From the UHGV virus genome UHGV-0113347: a stretch of 50,362 nucleotides of DNA; one strand, given 5' to 3'. Positions 8,424 through 21,754 of the stretch are shown piece by piece. The first letter of the stretch is position 1. Every line of letters starts with the position of its first letter. The position numbers were made by a program, and so were the translations under genes. This DNA comes from a virus. The notes under the pieces are model-generated. The model was not told the DNA's origin, did no database searches, and saw only the letters and a program-made list of their open reading frames with translations.

Positions 8424-9641
8424 ATGCCAACTGAATATGCTCGCGACAACCTTGGTCGCTATCAGACTGATGGATTAAGTGCAAAAGACTTTAACAAGGT
8501 CTTCGATCTTATCCGTAAACAGCAGCGTCAGAATCGGCGAAACGCGCGACGTACACTCACCCCAAGGATTATGGGGATGCGTAACCGCGAACTTGAGGCA
8601 TTCCTCAGCCTTGGGAAAAAGAAAGATGGCACCTACTTTACGCCCGAAGATATACGCAGTTTCAACACCTCAAGGCAGGCTCATAAAACCAAATTCAAGA
8701 GCACGGTACCCGGCATTACCTATGCTCAGCTGGTGGCGCAGTCCACCAGCATTGATATAAAACGCGCTAACAACAAGGTTTCTGATGGCACAGGGATCAA
8801 AGCCGCGACATTCCTCGGGCTAAAACACAACCTTGCATTGATATCTGTTAATGCCTCGGATGAGTCGGTCCACCAGCATCACCGTGTCAGAATTCGATTT
8901 GAGGAATGGGATAAAGCCGTTGAGGAAATTGCTGAAGACGGTGCGAAAAAAGCCCGAATCGCTGCCGATCTCTGCAAGGGCCGGGTATCTTTCGACTGTG
9001 ATTGTGGACGCCATCAATACTGGTATCGTTATATGGCCACGGCTGGTAACTATGCTGTCGCGCCGCCAAAAGAGTATGCATTCCCCAAAATCCGCAACCC
9101 TGATCTGACTGGTGTGGCTTGCAAACATGTTTTGCACGCTATGACGCGTTTTCAGTCTCCCACATGGCACAAGGCCATCATTATTGCCCTGGAAAAAGCA
9201 GCTGAACAGGTAGCCTTCGGCGATGACAAGCGGAAGACAACAACCTATTTCAAAGGCGAACTGGCTAAATCGCTCGCGCGCAACCGGACAACAACGACGG
9301 ATCAGGCTAAAGCGGCGCGTGAGTATGAGTTATATCTGAAATCTCAGGATGCATTAGGCAAAAAACTACGCGCCAAAGATAGCGCCACGGACAACGTTCG
9401 CCGGTTGTTAAAAAAAGCTCGCACCACGGCAAACAGGAAGAATGCCGAACTAAAAGCCTCGCGGGTGAGGGAAGCCCAGGCTCGCGCTGAAGCCGACGCT
9501 CTCAAAAAAGCCCTGCAAACGCAGGCGAACAACCTCATAAAGTTTTTCATGAGTCAGGGAATGGACAAGGCCGCTGCCACCGCGCAGGCGCGAAGCATTC
9601 TTGAGACACAAATTAACGAAGCCCGTAAACGGAAAGGATAA
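8424..9641 (+). CDS. hypothetical protein with SWIM-like zinc finger and basic coiled-coil tail
   Basis: CDCGRHQYW...CKHVLHA (CxC...CxH); C-terminal ~110 aa K/R/A-rich. Confidence 0.45.
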   Translation: MPTEYARDNLGRYQTDGLSAKDFNKVFDLIRKQQRQNRRNARRTLTPRIMGMRNRELEAFLSLGKKKDGTYFTPEDIRSFNTSRQAHKTKFKSTVPGITYAQLVAQSTSIDIKRANNKVSDGTGIKAATFLGLKHNLALISVNASDESVHQHHRVRIRFEEWDKAVEEIAEDGAKKARIAADLCKGRVSFDCDCGRHQYWYRYMATAGNYAVAPPKEYAFPKIRNPDLTGVACKHVLHAMTRFQSPTWHKAIIIALEKAAEQVAFGDDKRKTTTYFKGELAKSLARNRTTTTDQAKAAREYELYLKSQDALGKKLRAKDSATDNVRRLLKKARTTANRKNAELKASRVREAQARAEADALKKALQTQANNLIKFFMSQGMDKAAATAQARSILETQINEARKRKG

Positions 9642-12788
<3,147 letters not shown>

Positions 12789-12790
12789 GA

Positions 12791-12816
12791 AAAGCCCGGC
12801 GTTCGGGCTTTTCTGT
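12791..12816. terminator. bidirectional rho-independent terminator
   Basis: aaagcccg-gcgtt-cgggcttt hairpin with T-run, between convergent genes. Confidence 0.6.
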
Positions 12817-12834
12817 TATGACGGGTTCAATTTT

Positions 12835-13833
12835 TTATCCGTTACCGCGCGACGGTTTCTGCGTGATAAACGTCTCAAGCATCTTTTCCGCAATTGCCGA
12901 CCAGGTGTGACACTGGACCTTTTCAGCATTTTTCACGCGATCAACGCGAGCAATAACCTCATCCCAATCAATCCGCGACTTGATAACCATATGGTTCACC
13001 AACTCCAGGCGATCCGGCGGAAGGCAATCGGGCGGAGTTAATATCAACGCTCCACACATTGCCGCCTCAAGAACAGTTAATCCAAGGCTTTCGGGATGCG
13101 TAACGATAAAAATGTCACTCTTACGCAATTCAGCTGCAAATTCGGTTGCTGGTACCGGAGTCCGTCTGTATGGGGTTACCGAAATATTCCCCGGCTCAAT
13201 GGTAACCAATCCGTCATCGGTCAGCGTTTTGGCCTCATACGGAACGGTCAGGCGCTGAAGGTTCATAAGGATACTTAAGGAGTGATCAAACCCACTAACA
13301 TCAAATGCCGCGTGGTCTACAAAAATACGCAGAACATCGTCTGTTTTGGTTTCCAGATGGAACAGCTCCTGATTCGCTGCCCATCCAACATGTTTGTTAA
13401 AACGATTATGACGCTCTAACCTGCCGGGATTATCCAGGTACCGCCAGGTATCATCGCGGACAGTAAAAGTAATATCGACTGGTGCCGAATCCAGCATAGA
13501 ACCGTCATATACCTGGGCTACCCATCCAGAGAATCGGCGACACAGTTGCATGCCTATTTCCCTGGGTACCGTAGTAAAATACCTCAATCCTGGTGCCAAA
13601 ATGGCCTTCGCAGAACATGCGGTCGCAGCAGTCAACACAGCTTCAACATAATCCTCCGGGCTTTCGACGCCAGGGGAATATGGACGATGGTATTGCAATG
13701 TTACCCCTGCCTCACTAAAGGCGCAGGCCAGGTTATAAGCCCACATTTCCGTATATGTTTTCACATCACTGATGGCTGCAAATTTTCGCCCAATGATCAG
13801 GATGTTCATCGGCTTTTCCTCATTCCATTGCAT
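12835..13833 (-). CDS. putative GT-B (group-1-like) glycosyltransferase
   Basis: C-terminal THPESLGLTVLEAAMCGALILTP resembles the E-x7-E/EAMA motif; last gene of the helicase operon. Confidence 0.4.
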   Translation of the reverse strand: MQWNEEKPMNILIIGRKFAAISDVKTYTEMWAYNLACAFSEAGVTLQYHRPYSPGVESPEDYVEAVLTAATACSAKAILAPGLRYFTTVPREIGMQLCRRFSGWVAQVYDGSMLDSAPVDITFTVRDDTWRYLDNPGRLERHNRFNKHVGWAANQELFHLETKTDDVLRIFVDHAAFDVSGFDHSLSILMNLQRLTVPYEAKTLTDDGLVTIEPGNISVTPYRRTPVPATEFAAELRKSDIFIVTHPESLGLTVLEAAMCGALILTPPDCLPPDRLELVNHMVIKSRIDWDEVIARVDRVKNAEKVQCHTWSAIAEKMLETFITQKPSRGNG

Positions 13834-15197
13834 TAATAATCCTCTTGCCAGTCAGCACCAGCATAGTTATCAAACCGTGAGTATTGGCCGTTAAAAGCCA
13901 ATCTCACCGTGCCAATTGGGCCATTTCGTTGCTTTCCGATAATTACCTCGGCAATGCCCTTCATTTCGCTATCCGGGTGATAAACTTCGTCGCGATACAG
14001 AAACATAATCAGGTCTGCGTCCTGCTCAATTGCTCCTGATTCACGTAAATCTGAATTTACCGGTCGTTTGTCCGCACGCTGTTCAAGCGATCGATTAAGT
14101 TGTGACAATGCCACCACCGGTACTTGTAATTCCTTCGCCAACGCCTTCAGTGAGCGAGAAATCTCGGCAATTTCCAGCGTTCGGTTATCTTGCAGCTCGG
14201 GGACGCGCATAAGTTGCAGGTAGTCGATCATAATCATGCTCAAACCACCATTTTCTTTATAAACACGACGAGCGCGGGAACGTAGCTCTGTCGGCGTCAG
14301 GGCGCTTGAGTCATCAATAAAAATATTCTGCTTGTCCAACAGAATACCCATTGCGCCAGAAACCCGCGCCCAATCCTCGTCGTTAAGTTGCCCTGTCCGA
14401 ATACGAGTCTGATCAACGCGTGCAAGAGAAGCCAGTGAGCGCATCATCAGCTGGTGGCTCGGCATCTCAAGGCTAAAAACCAATACGGGCTTATCGTTAC
14501 GAACTGCGGCATTTTCGACGAGATTCATCGCAAACGTGGTCTTCCCCATAGATGGGCGGGCGGCGACAATGATGAGATCGGACGGCTGAAGCCCTGCCGT
14601 CTTCTTATTGAGATCGGTAAATCCCGTATCAAGCCCCGTTACACCATCATGTGGTCGCTGAAACAACTCTTCTATGCGAGATACCGTTGCATCGAGAATG
14701 CTGGCGATATCTTTTGGACCACTACCGCTCTTTTGTCGTTTTTCAGCTATTTCAAAAACGCGGCGCTCGGCCATATCCAGCAATTCATTGCTGCCCCTGC
14801 CATCCTGCGCATATCCAGCTTCGGCTATTTCATTTGCGACGGAAATCATTTCACGAACAACCGCGCGTTCACGAACGATATCCGCATAAGCACAAATATT
14901 TGCCGCGCTGGGCGTGTTCTTTGACATCTCCGCAAGGTACGCAAAACCACCGGCGCGTTCTAATTTACCGTTCTGTTCAAGTGCTTCAGCAAGTGTTATC
15001 AAATCAATCGGTTTGCCATGACTTAATAACCTCTCCATCTCACTGAAAATTTCACGATGAGCACTGGTATAAAAATCATCAGCAACTATACGATCTGCAA
15101 CTTCATCCCAGCGGCAGTTATCAAGCATTAAGCCACCAAGTACAGCTTGTTCTGCACTAAGGGAATTTGGCATGGATTCAAGAGGGGATGCAGACAT
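13833..15197 (-). CDS. ban: replicative DNA helicase, DnaB family (P1 Ban-like)
   Basis: N-terminal AEQAVLGGLMLDN, Walker A SMGKTTFAMNL, DnaB-like C-terminus; ATG at 15197 preferred over track GTG at 15203. Confidence 0.9.
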   Translation of the reverse strand: MSASPLESMPNSLSAEQAVLGGLMLDNCRWDEVADRIVADDFYTSAHREIFSEMERLLSHGKPIDLITLAEALEQNGKLERAGGFAYLAEMSKNTPSAANICAYADIVRERAVVREMISVANEIAEAGYAQDGRGSNELLDMAERRVFEIAEKRQKSGSGPKDIASILDATVSRIEELFQRPHDGVTGLDTGFTDLNKKTAGLQPSDLIIVAARPSMGKTTFAMNLVENAAVRNDKPVLVFSLEMPSHQLMMRSLASLARVDQTRIRTGQLNDEDWARVSGAMGILLDKQNIFIDDSSALTPTELRSRARRVYKENGGLSMIMIDYLQLMRVPELQDNRTLEIAEISRSLKALAKELQVPVVALSQLNRSLEQRADKRPVNSDLRESGAIEQDADLIMFLYRDEVYHPDSEMKGIAEVIIGKQRNGPIGTVRLAFNGQYSRFDNYAGADWQEDY

Positions 15198-15483
15198 TAG
15201 CACTCCACCCAGGCGTGCTGAATGTCAGATATAATCGGCATACTCAAATCACTCCTAACGATATGAGTCATCACCAGAAAATCAGGATTAATGCGCCGGA
15301 CTCTTCCCGGCTGTCACACCGAATCGCCAGGATGGTGAATCCCTTTACCCGAGAAACAACAAACGGTGGCTTGCACATTCCGGCTACCTGGTTCGTTGCC
15401 TGAGCTAGGGGCAAGGTTCCCCCCTTTTAACGTCACCAGACCGCTAACGACGCATGTGCCAGACGCCGTGTTACAACCAAATA

Positions 15484-15559
15484 TGGTGGCCCCTACCGGA
15501 CTTGAACCGGTGACCGTGCGATTATGAGTCGCCAGCTCTAACCACTGAGCTAAAGGGCC
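15484..15559 (-). tRNA. tRNA, anticodon CAT (Met or lysidine-Ile)
   Basis: 76-nt cloverleaf GGCCCTT..GCTC-AGTGGTTA-GAGC..CTCATAA..GGTTCAAGTCC..AGGGGCC-A-CCA. Confidence 0.8.
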
Positions 15560-15586
15560 GGATTACTGCCAATTTTGCTTACGCTT

Positions 15587-16414
15587 TTATTTCACCGGAA
15601 CAAACGGAACAGCGGTATTACTGGTCATATACTGCGGTAATGTACCGTTCCATTTGTTGATCGCTTCCAACTCCATAACACCGGGGTTCTGGCGCAGAGC
15701 TTCACCACGTAAACGAATGGCATCAGCTTCGGCCTGGGCTTTTGTGCGAATAGCATCAGCCTGTCCGGCAGCTTCCGCGCGCAGCATGTTGGCCTCTGCT
15801 TCACGTTGTTTGACCTCTTGCTCGCGTTGCAGGGTTTTTTGGTTTGCCGTGACTTTGGCGTTAATACTGTCAATAACTGTTGGCGGGTATTCTGGCTTAC
15901 CTACATAAGAGAGGCTCATCACCTGAATGCCGATTGGCGTCATTTCTTCCTGAATGTCTTTAAGGGCTGCATCAAGCAATTCAGATTTGCCACCGTCGAT
16001 AAATTTGTCGGTGGTCATTTTGCTGGCTAACCGGTTCAGAGCATCTGCAACCTTCTGGCGTAGATCGGTATCAGTAATATCATCTACACCTTTGCGATAG
16101 GTCTGAAATACCGTTGTGACTTTTGCTGGATCAACCTTGTAGGCTACGCCGATGTGGTAACCAATGGTTGTTCCGTCGCTCATCTGGAAGCTGAACGGCT
16201 CATCGTATGTCTTCATTTGCTTAAAGGTCGGGAAGATATAAACTTCAGTATTCAAGCCTGTCCAGTAGCGACCAACGCCAACTACTTCACCGATACCTTT
16301 ATCATCCCCCAGCTTATTTACTTTGATCCCTACGTTACCTGGCTCTACCCGATCGCATCCGGTCAGACATAAAGAACCCAAAATAATCGCTGCACTAATC
16401 AACGTTTTTTTCAT
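15587..16414 (-). CDS. plp: SPFH/prohibitin-domain lipoprotein (P1 Plp-like)
   Basis: Signal peptide with lipobox LTGC; SPFH-like middle region; C-terminal E/A/Q-rich coiled coil. Confidence 0.6.
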   Translation of the reverse strand: MKKTLISAAIILGSLCLTGCDRVEPGNVGIKVNKLGDDKGIGEVVGVGRYWTGLNTEVYIFPTFKQMKTYDEPFSFQMSDGTTIGYHIGVAYKVDPAKVTTVFQTYRKGVDDITDTDLRQKVADALNRLASKMTTDKFIDGGKSELLDAALKDIQEEMTPIGIQVMSLSYVGKPEYPPTVIDSINAKVTANQKTLQREQEVKQREAEANMLRAEAAGQADAIRTKAQAEADAIRLRGEALRQNPGVMELEAINKWNGTLPQYMTSNTAVPFVPVK

Positions 16415-16631
16415 TAATTAATTTCCTGGTTTTTTCACGAAAAAAGACTACTGCGAAAGCCGGGTAAATGAGCGCGAGAAGGACTCCCAACAATACAAGT
16501 ATTGTGCTGTTAGATGAGATCATATTTGGCAAAAGCCAAACATACAGAACCAGTGACACAATCAAACAGAGGACGGCATAAATATATAACCGCACCCATA
16601 GCGTTCGACATTTGTTCGGATTGTTCTGCAT
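16395..16631 (-). CDS. small membrane protein (2 TM)
   Basis: 78 aa with two hydrophobic helices; overlaps start of lipoprotein gene. Confidence 0.45.
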   Translation of the reverse strand: MQNNPNKCRTLWVRLYIYAVLCLIVSLVLYVWLLPNMISSNSTILVLLGVLLALIYPAFAVVFFREKTRKLINEKNVD

Positions 16632-17482
16632 CCTCTCACTCCATTATTTAACGAATAAAAAAGCTGCGGTGCCGGGTGCCTCCCGGTGTCCTTTGGCTGG
16701 TTATCCACCGTGGACGGGGAAACAAGGAGAAATGAATGGACTGATATAACCATTTCCCCGCGTGCGCTTAGCCGCATTCACCGCAACGGAAAGAGCATTC
16801 TTGGTGGACCTGTAGATTGGGATATGAACCCGTTACAGGAGAATGCTCTTACCTGTTACGTGCTCCGTTTCGTGGAGCTAACGGCGGGTGATCGGGCCGC
16901 ACCAGGCTGGACTTATTTCAGCGTTATGCTCATGCCAGAGAATCAAACTGTGATGGTCGGTGCTGAACTCCGACACAGGGTTGTAGCAAGCCCCGCAAAG
17001 CGCGCACTACTGTAGTTGCGGCACATCAGCCTGTGCATTCACCACAATGTTGAGAACACTGGTTGTCACGCTGCAACGCAACATTTATTCGTAGATTGGG
17101 ATATGACCCCGTTACGCCAGTGTTCTCAACGTTGTAGTGCCGGTTACGGTTCCGGCCAGGCCTCTTCCTCAACGGGGTGTTCTCCATACGGACTACCGTT
17201 TATTGGTCGTTCCTGCGGTTTATGTTGTGAAGCCAGATGCTTATCTTCTGGTTGCTTCAAAGAGCTGCACTTCATCACAACGGTAAGAGCACTCGATGCA
17301 TTTAAGCCAAGCCCCATAAGGGAGAATGCCCTTACCTGTTGTGTTGTGATGACCGGTGCTGATCTCCGGCTTGCGGTTATTTCAGACTCTCACGGGCGTT
17401 TAATTGCCCCGCCGAACAGCTCTTTTCCGCAATAGCTGCAATGTCTTTCGCGCATCAGCCTGCGCATTCATCACAACGGTAA

Positions 17483-17546
17483 GGGTACTTCGTAGGGATT
17501 CGAACCCTCTGCCAAGCTCGGCGATCTCCGACGTCGCAAAATACCC
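17483..17546 (-). other. tRNA-like element lacking an anticodon arm (possible tRNA pseudogene or tRNA-derived RNA)
   Basis: Minus strand: 7-bp acceptor-like stem GGGTATT/AGTACCC, D-arm-like GCGA-cgtcggaga-TCGC, canonical T-arm AGGG-TTCGAAT-CCCT, no room for an anticodon arm, no CCA. Confidence 0.3.
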
Positions 17547-17559
17547 TTACCTGTTGTGC

Positions 17560-17635
17560 TGGTGCCGATTAACGGACTCGAACCGCTGACATCCTGCTTA
17601 CAAGGCAGGCGCTCTACCAACTGAGCTAAACCGGC
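17560..17635 (-). tRNA. tRNA-Thr (anticodon TGT)
   Basis: 76-nt cloverleaf GCCGGTT..GCTC-AGTTGGTA-GAGC..CTTGTAA..GGTTCGAGTCC..AATCGGC-A-CCA. Confidence 0.8.
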
Positions 17636-17637
17636 AT

Positions 17638-17713
17638 TGGCGATGGTGGATGGATTTGAACCATCGACCCGTTGATTAACAGTCAACCGCTCTAACCGCT
17701 GAGCTACACCATC
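17638..17713 (-). tRNA. tRNA-Asn (anticodon GTT)
   Basis: 76-nt cloverleaf GATGGTG..GCTC-AGCGGTTA-GAGC..CTGTTAA..GGTTCAAATCC..CACCATC-G-CCA. Confidence 0.8.
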
Positions 17714-18381
17714 ACTTGCCGGGTACGTCTCCGGCGAGGGCTTCCACCTCCGTATGCTTTTCGGCGCACCGCGCCCTGGCTGCAATTCGGTAACAGGGGA
17801 TGCATAACCCTGGCTTCCAGCGTGATTAGCGCTTTCAGCATGACGGGATATACCCGTAAATTCGTGGAACTGTACCCAAAGTGCTGTTAAGCACCGCTGT
17901 TACGCTGAAAAGAAGACGCAACAGGAAAGGACGCTGACCAACAGATGGCCCCTTCTCGTTCATCTGGTTAATCACACCAGCGCCCTTACCTGTTGTGCCT
18001 CCCCGTTCCCTAATACACAGACGGGGACACTCTGCGGTCGATTTTTTGACGGGGGACGACTCATACCCCGTGGCGTCTGGCTTCTTAGGCCGCTACCATC
18101 ATCAGATCATCGTTTGCATTTACTTTAATGGTCAGTTTCTAAACCGCCGCAAAGTCGCTAACCATGACGAAAACCCTGAAAAAAACGCCCACCCGAAGAT
18201 GGGCAAACTGGAAGCTCGTAACGCACTTCGGTGTTGCCACTTAGGCGTATGGTCAACCTGGCAACTCGGCGTCATGAGGGGGAAGGAGTCACTACCCCGC
18301 CATACTTGCCGCCGCGCCTGTCGCGGCTAACAGCTAAATCGCTCTATAAATCACGATTCATTGAGGCGATATTACACTAAT

Positions 18382-18398
18382 AAATTTATTAGAGCAAT
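18382..18398 (-). promoter_or_regulatory. C1 operator (perfect consensus) with overlapping inverted partner at 18370-18386
   Basis: AAATTTATTAGAGCAAT on plus = exact reverse complement of ATTGCTCTAATAAATTT; partner ATTACACTAATAAATTT 15/17. Confidence 0.7.
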
Positions 18399-20407
18399 AT
18401 TGCTATAACGTCATGAGCAACACCTCGAGTGTCCCCCTTACAAGACACAGAACGTCTGGCAAAAAGAGGTTCCACTCTGAAGCCACTGTCCTGATAAAGT
18501 TCTCTGATGTTTGGCGCGCCACTGTTAGTAATGAGAACCTTTGCACCTCGGCGATGAGCATCCGTCAACAGAGACGCCAGGCGTTTTTGCTCTTCAAACT
18601 TAAAGTCATGACCGGAATAGTTCGTGAATCCCTCTGTATTTGGGAGCGGTTCATACGGCGGATCGCAAAAGATGACATCTCCTTCTCCGGCAGCTTCAAT
18701 CACCGCAGCAAAATCACCACATACAAACTCAGAACGCCCTTCCGCACCAAGGAAGGCTTCCATCTCCTGCAATGGGAAATACGGAGTTTTATACTTCCCA
18801 TAACCGACATTGAACTCACCGGCTTGGTTGTAACGCGTCAATCCGTTAAAACAATGTCGGTTCAGGAACAAAAACGCCGCTGCGCGATGTAAATCATCAT
18901 AGACTTGTTTGTTAAACGCATTCCGTACTGCCAGGTATCCTTCCTGCGTGTTGTAGTCCTGGAAGAAACGATGTGCCAGAGTGATAAGTGAATGCGCCTC
19001 GCGTTGCAGAGTCTTGTAAAAGTTAATCAGGTCAGCATTCACATCATTTAGCAGATTTTCCTGGTATCCGGCATTCATGAAGACAGCTCCGCCACCAACG
19101 AAAGGCTCAATCAGGCGCTTCCCTTCTGGCAAATAGCGAAAGATTTGTTCCAGAACACCAAATTTTCCACCAGCCCATTTGAATATGGACCGTTCGAATT
19201 CTGCCGCTGGTTTAACTTTTCGCTCTTTTGTTTCACTCCCTTCCTTCTGCCGACATGCAGCCTTGGCAATCCGATCGCCAATCCAGCGCATTACTGGTAT
19301 CGCCATACTATTGCCGATCGCTTTGTAACGCGGTCCGTCAGCTGCAAGCATCGCGGCCTCTTCTTCGCTCAAATCAGGATAGTTTTTGCGAAGGTATGCC
19401 AGTTCATCTGAAGAAACTTTTTTACGCTTTTCCGTAGGGATCAATGTATGTCCATCAGGAAAACCTTGCAGCCTTTCACATTCGACAGGGATAAGACGGC
19501 GCATTCTACCGTCGACGAGCAATACAATTGGTGCTTCATGGTTACATGTCAAAGTTGGTGCCGAATTATCGGTTTTTATCTCAGCCCCTCCTTGCCCATG
19601 TGCCATGGCAACTATGTTTGTATCATCGCAAGATCTGATAGCGATGTTTGAAGTATATCTGGTAGTTTCCTTCCCCTCGCCTCTGCTCGGCGCAATATTC
19701 CGGCGCACGCCTTCGAACTCAAAAAGTACCGTTGCGGGATCGAGGTCTGTTCGAGCACTTGCGACAACAAACACGCGTCGGCGTCGTTGTGCCACTCCGA
19801 AGTATTGGGCATCAAGGATTCTCCAGGCCACCTTTCGCTGCGGTCCATAAATACAACCACACTGCGGCCACTTTGGAGCATGGCAACCGGTTTTGCCATC
19901 CCACCGCCAGAACGCGTTACTTTTTCCTGATTCAGGTCGATCACCTGGTTCAAATGGCGCATCTTCTCCAGCCAATCCGGCAAGGAAACATCCGAAGGCG
20001 TTATCTGCCGATGACAGGACTCCTGGGACATTTTCCCAGACGATAACTGTCGGTTTGAGGAAGGACTCAGACCGTTTGTCGTCAATTGCATTTGCAAGCT
20101 CCACATACTTCAAAGTTAGCGCGCCGCGTTCATCATCAAGCCCACCACGTAAGCCCGCGATACTGAATGCCTGACAAGGCGTACCCCCGACGAGCACATC
20201 AGGGGATTCGATTTCCCCAGCCAGGACTTTTTTGGCAAGTTTTGTCATGTCGCCAAGGTTGGCGACATGGGGCCAGCGGTGCGCAAGAACGGCAGATGGA
20301 AAAGGCTCGATTTCAGCAAACCACGCCGGACGCATACCCAACGGTTCCCAGGCAATACTCGCGGCTTCAATTCCACTGCAAACAGATCCATAGCACAGCT
20401 CTTTCAC
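18389..20407 (-). CDS. dmt: bifunctional DNA methyltransferase: N-terminal C5-cytosine MTase + C-terminal Dam-like N6-adenine MTase (P1 Dmt-like)
   Basis: N-terminal [21 protein letters not shown] (PCQ), ENV; C-terminal KWAGGK and DPPY. Confidence 0.8.
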   Translation of the reverse strand: MKELCYGSVCSGIEAASIAWEPLGMRPAWFAEIEPFPSAVLAHRWPHVANLGDMTKLAKKVLAGEIESPDVLVGGTPCQAFSIAGLRGGLDDERGALTLKYVELANAIDDKRSESFLKPTVIVWENVPGVLSSADNAFGCFLAGLAGEDAPFEPGDRPESGKSNAFWRWDGKTGCHAPKWPQCGCIYGPQRKVAWRILDAQYFGVAQRRRRVFVVASARTDLDPATVLFEFEGVRRNIAPSRGEGKETTRYTSNIAIRSCDDTNIVAMAHGQGGAEIKTDNSAPTLTCNHEAPIVLLVDGRMRRLIPVECERLQGFPDGHTLIPTEKRKKVSSDELAYLRKNYPDLSEEEAAMLAADGPRYKAIGNSMAIPVMRWIGDRIAKAACRQKEGSETKERKVKPAAEFERSIFKWAGGKFGVLEQIFRYLPEGKRLIEPFVGGGAVFMNAGYQENLLNDVNADLINFYKTLQREAHSLITLAHRFFQDYNTQEGYLAVRNAFNKQVYDDLHRAAAFLFLNRHCFNGLTRYNQAGEFNVGYGKYKTPYFPLQEMEAFLGAEGRSEFVCGDFAAVIEAAGEGDVIFCDPPYEPLPNTEGFTNYSGHDFKFEEQKRLASLLTDAHRRGAKVLITNSGAPNIRELYQDSGFRVEPLFARRSVSCKGDTRGVAHDVIAILL

Positions 20408-21309
20408 TGCTTAGCCTCTCCACCAAGGGCATTTACCAGAGCATCAACCAGGCACGAAATTTCACTGGTCAACAGGAAGAAATCTGCGTCCAGTCGCTGC
20501 GCAACATCTTCACTATCAATATCAGAGTTCTGCTCAAGCAATTCATCCGCAAATTTGACGCTGGTAAGGCTGAAGTTATGGTCCAGTGTAAATTTAATGC
20601 GGTTCTGCCAGTCGAGTGCCAACTTAGTAACGAGCTTGCCAGCTTCCAGGTGTGTGGAAATTTCATCGCTTCCCAAATCCTGCTTTTTCACTCGGGCAAT
20701 ACCGCCATCCTCAAGCACTGCCTTAAGTTCTGCCGCATCCCCCATTTGAAATCCCTGTGGAGCACTACCATCACGTACCCAGTCGGTCAGCGTTAATTCA
20801 ATGGGATTTTCAACACTTAGGGGAACAACAGGAAGAGAACCCAGAGATTTACGCATAAGCGCGAGCATATCCTCTGCCTGCCGCGCGCTGGCATTGATAT
20901 AGATACGTTTAGTTGAACCGTCGTAGATCGCCTGGATAACAGAAAACTTTGAAAAAGCCCGTGGCAGAAGAGAATGCAGAACTTCGTCTTTCAGGGAGTC
21001 CTTCTCTGTTTTCTTCAGTTTACGCGCTTGTTCTTGCTCGAGTTTTTCAATTTTTTCTTGAATAGCTCGCTGGATAACCGGCGGGGGAAGGATTTTTGTT
21101 TCGCGCTTTGCTTCAACAAGGATAAAACCATTTCCATGCATAGCGATAACTTCGGAATTATCACCAAATGGAGATACAAAACCGAACTTGGCCATATCCT
21201 GACTACCGCATGGCGTGAAAAGGATCATTTTCTTTTTATCTTCTAAGTCGGTCAGATCCGCTTCACGAGAAAGTTTATAAATAGTAATGTTTTTCCAGTG
21301 CTTAAACAT
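20404..21309 (-). CDS. hrdC: recombination-associated protein RdgC homologue (P1 HrdC-like)
   Basis: From internal [13 protein letters not shown] start, near-collinear with E. coli RdgC as recalled ([11 protein letters not shown]...[26 protein letters not shown]...[14 protein letters not shown]). Confidence 0.85.
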   Translation of the reverse strand: MFKHWKNITIYKLSREADLTDLEDKKKMILFTPCGSQDMAKFGFVSPFGDNSEVIAMHGNGFILVEAKRETKILPPPVIQRAIQEKIEKLEQEQARKLKKTEKDSLKDEVLHSLLPRAFSKFSVIQAIYDGSTKRIYINASARQAEDMLALMRKSLGSLPVVPLSVENPIELTLTDWVRDGSAPQGFQMGDAAELKAVLEDGGIARVKKQDLGSDEISTHLEAGKLVTKLALDWQNRIKFTLDHNFSLTSVKFADELLEQNSDIDSEDVAQRLDADFFLLTSEISCLVDALVNALGGEAKQ

Positions 21310-21586
21310 GTTGTAACCCTTGAATATCAACCACAGAAAGCTCGTTTTTGTAGAAAAAGGCCAGGTTGAGGCACCCCCTAGTTTGAGCGTATGAGCTGGG
21401 ACCAATTTCGTTCTTCCAGACAAATGGCTTCAAATCCGTACGGCGAAGCATAAAAACGCGATTTGTTCCGCTCTGATTCCCAATGAGGCAAAAGCCTTCT
21501 TTCACCTTGATAGCCTGCAAGTTGTCGAGTTCACCGCTGGTTACACGGCTATCGAACTCTTTGCGGCTTATTAGCTCCATCTGCAT
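21302..21586 (-). CDS. hypothetical protein (94 aa), first gene of methyltransferase operon
   Basis: Start moved to ATG at 21586 (GGAG RBS); track start at 21658 would overlap the operator. Confidence 0.4.
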   Translation of the reverse strand: MQMELISRKEFDSRVTSGELDNLQAIKVKEGFCLIGNQSGTNRVFMLRRTDLKPFVWKNEIGPSSYAQTRGCLNLAFFYKNELSVVDIQGLQHV

Positions 21587-21657
21587 CTGACGACTCCAAA
21601 CAAATACCCATTGAAGGGCGATGGCTGAATGGTACCGAAAACACGACATAAAAAACA

Positions 21658-21674
21658 ATATTTATTAGAGCAAT
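21658..21674 (-). promoter_or_regulatory. C1 operator-like site
   Basis: ATTGCTCTAATAAATAT on minus strand, 16/17. Confidence 0.65.
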
Positions 21675-21702
21675 CATGCAATAGTTAACACCATATAGAC
21701 CA

Positions 21703-21722
21703 CAAGTAACCTAAGTTAAAAT
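21703..21722 (+). promoter_or_regulatory. possible late-promoter-like element (degenerate)
   Basis: CAAGTAACC-taagt-TAAAAT, same spacing as other copies but upstream half diverged. Confidence 0.3.
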
Positions 21723-21754
21723 AACGAAAACCAGAGCAAATAATTGGTGATGAC

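Larger units (their letters stand above)
16812..17997. repeat. repeat-rich non-coding region flanking the tRNA genes
   Basis: Four copies of a ~15-bp motif (cccttacctgttgtg at 17329, 17544, 17983; variant at 16846); two copies of gtagattgggatatgaMcccgttac (16812, 17091); two of catcagcctgYgcattcaYcacaa (17024, 17453). Confidence 0.6.

Noticed and set aside
14454-14924. Antisense ORFs inside the helicase gene (and similar inside dmt, sit and the large structural genes)
   Set aside because: Embedded opposite strong motif-bearing genes, lacking RBS; typical ORF-track shadows in GC-balanced sequence.
16686-17435. Two plus-strand ORFs (109 and 139 aa) from the ORF track
   Set aside because: Their translations are repeat-derived (DWDM.PL and ENALTC twice) and Cys/Ser/Gly low-complexity; they overlap the short direct-repeat families and the tRNA-like element, so reported as a repeat region.
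17471-17785. Minus-strand 104-aa ORF
   Set aside because: It runs straight through tRNA-Thr and tRNA-Asn; the ORF is a by-product of the tRNA sequences.
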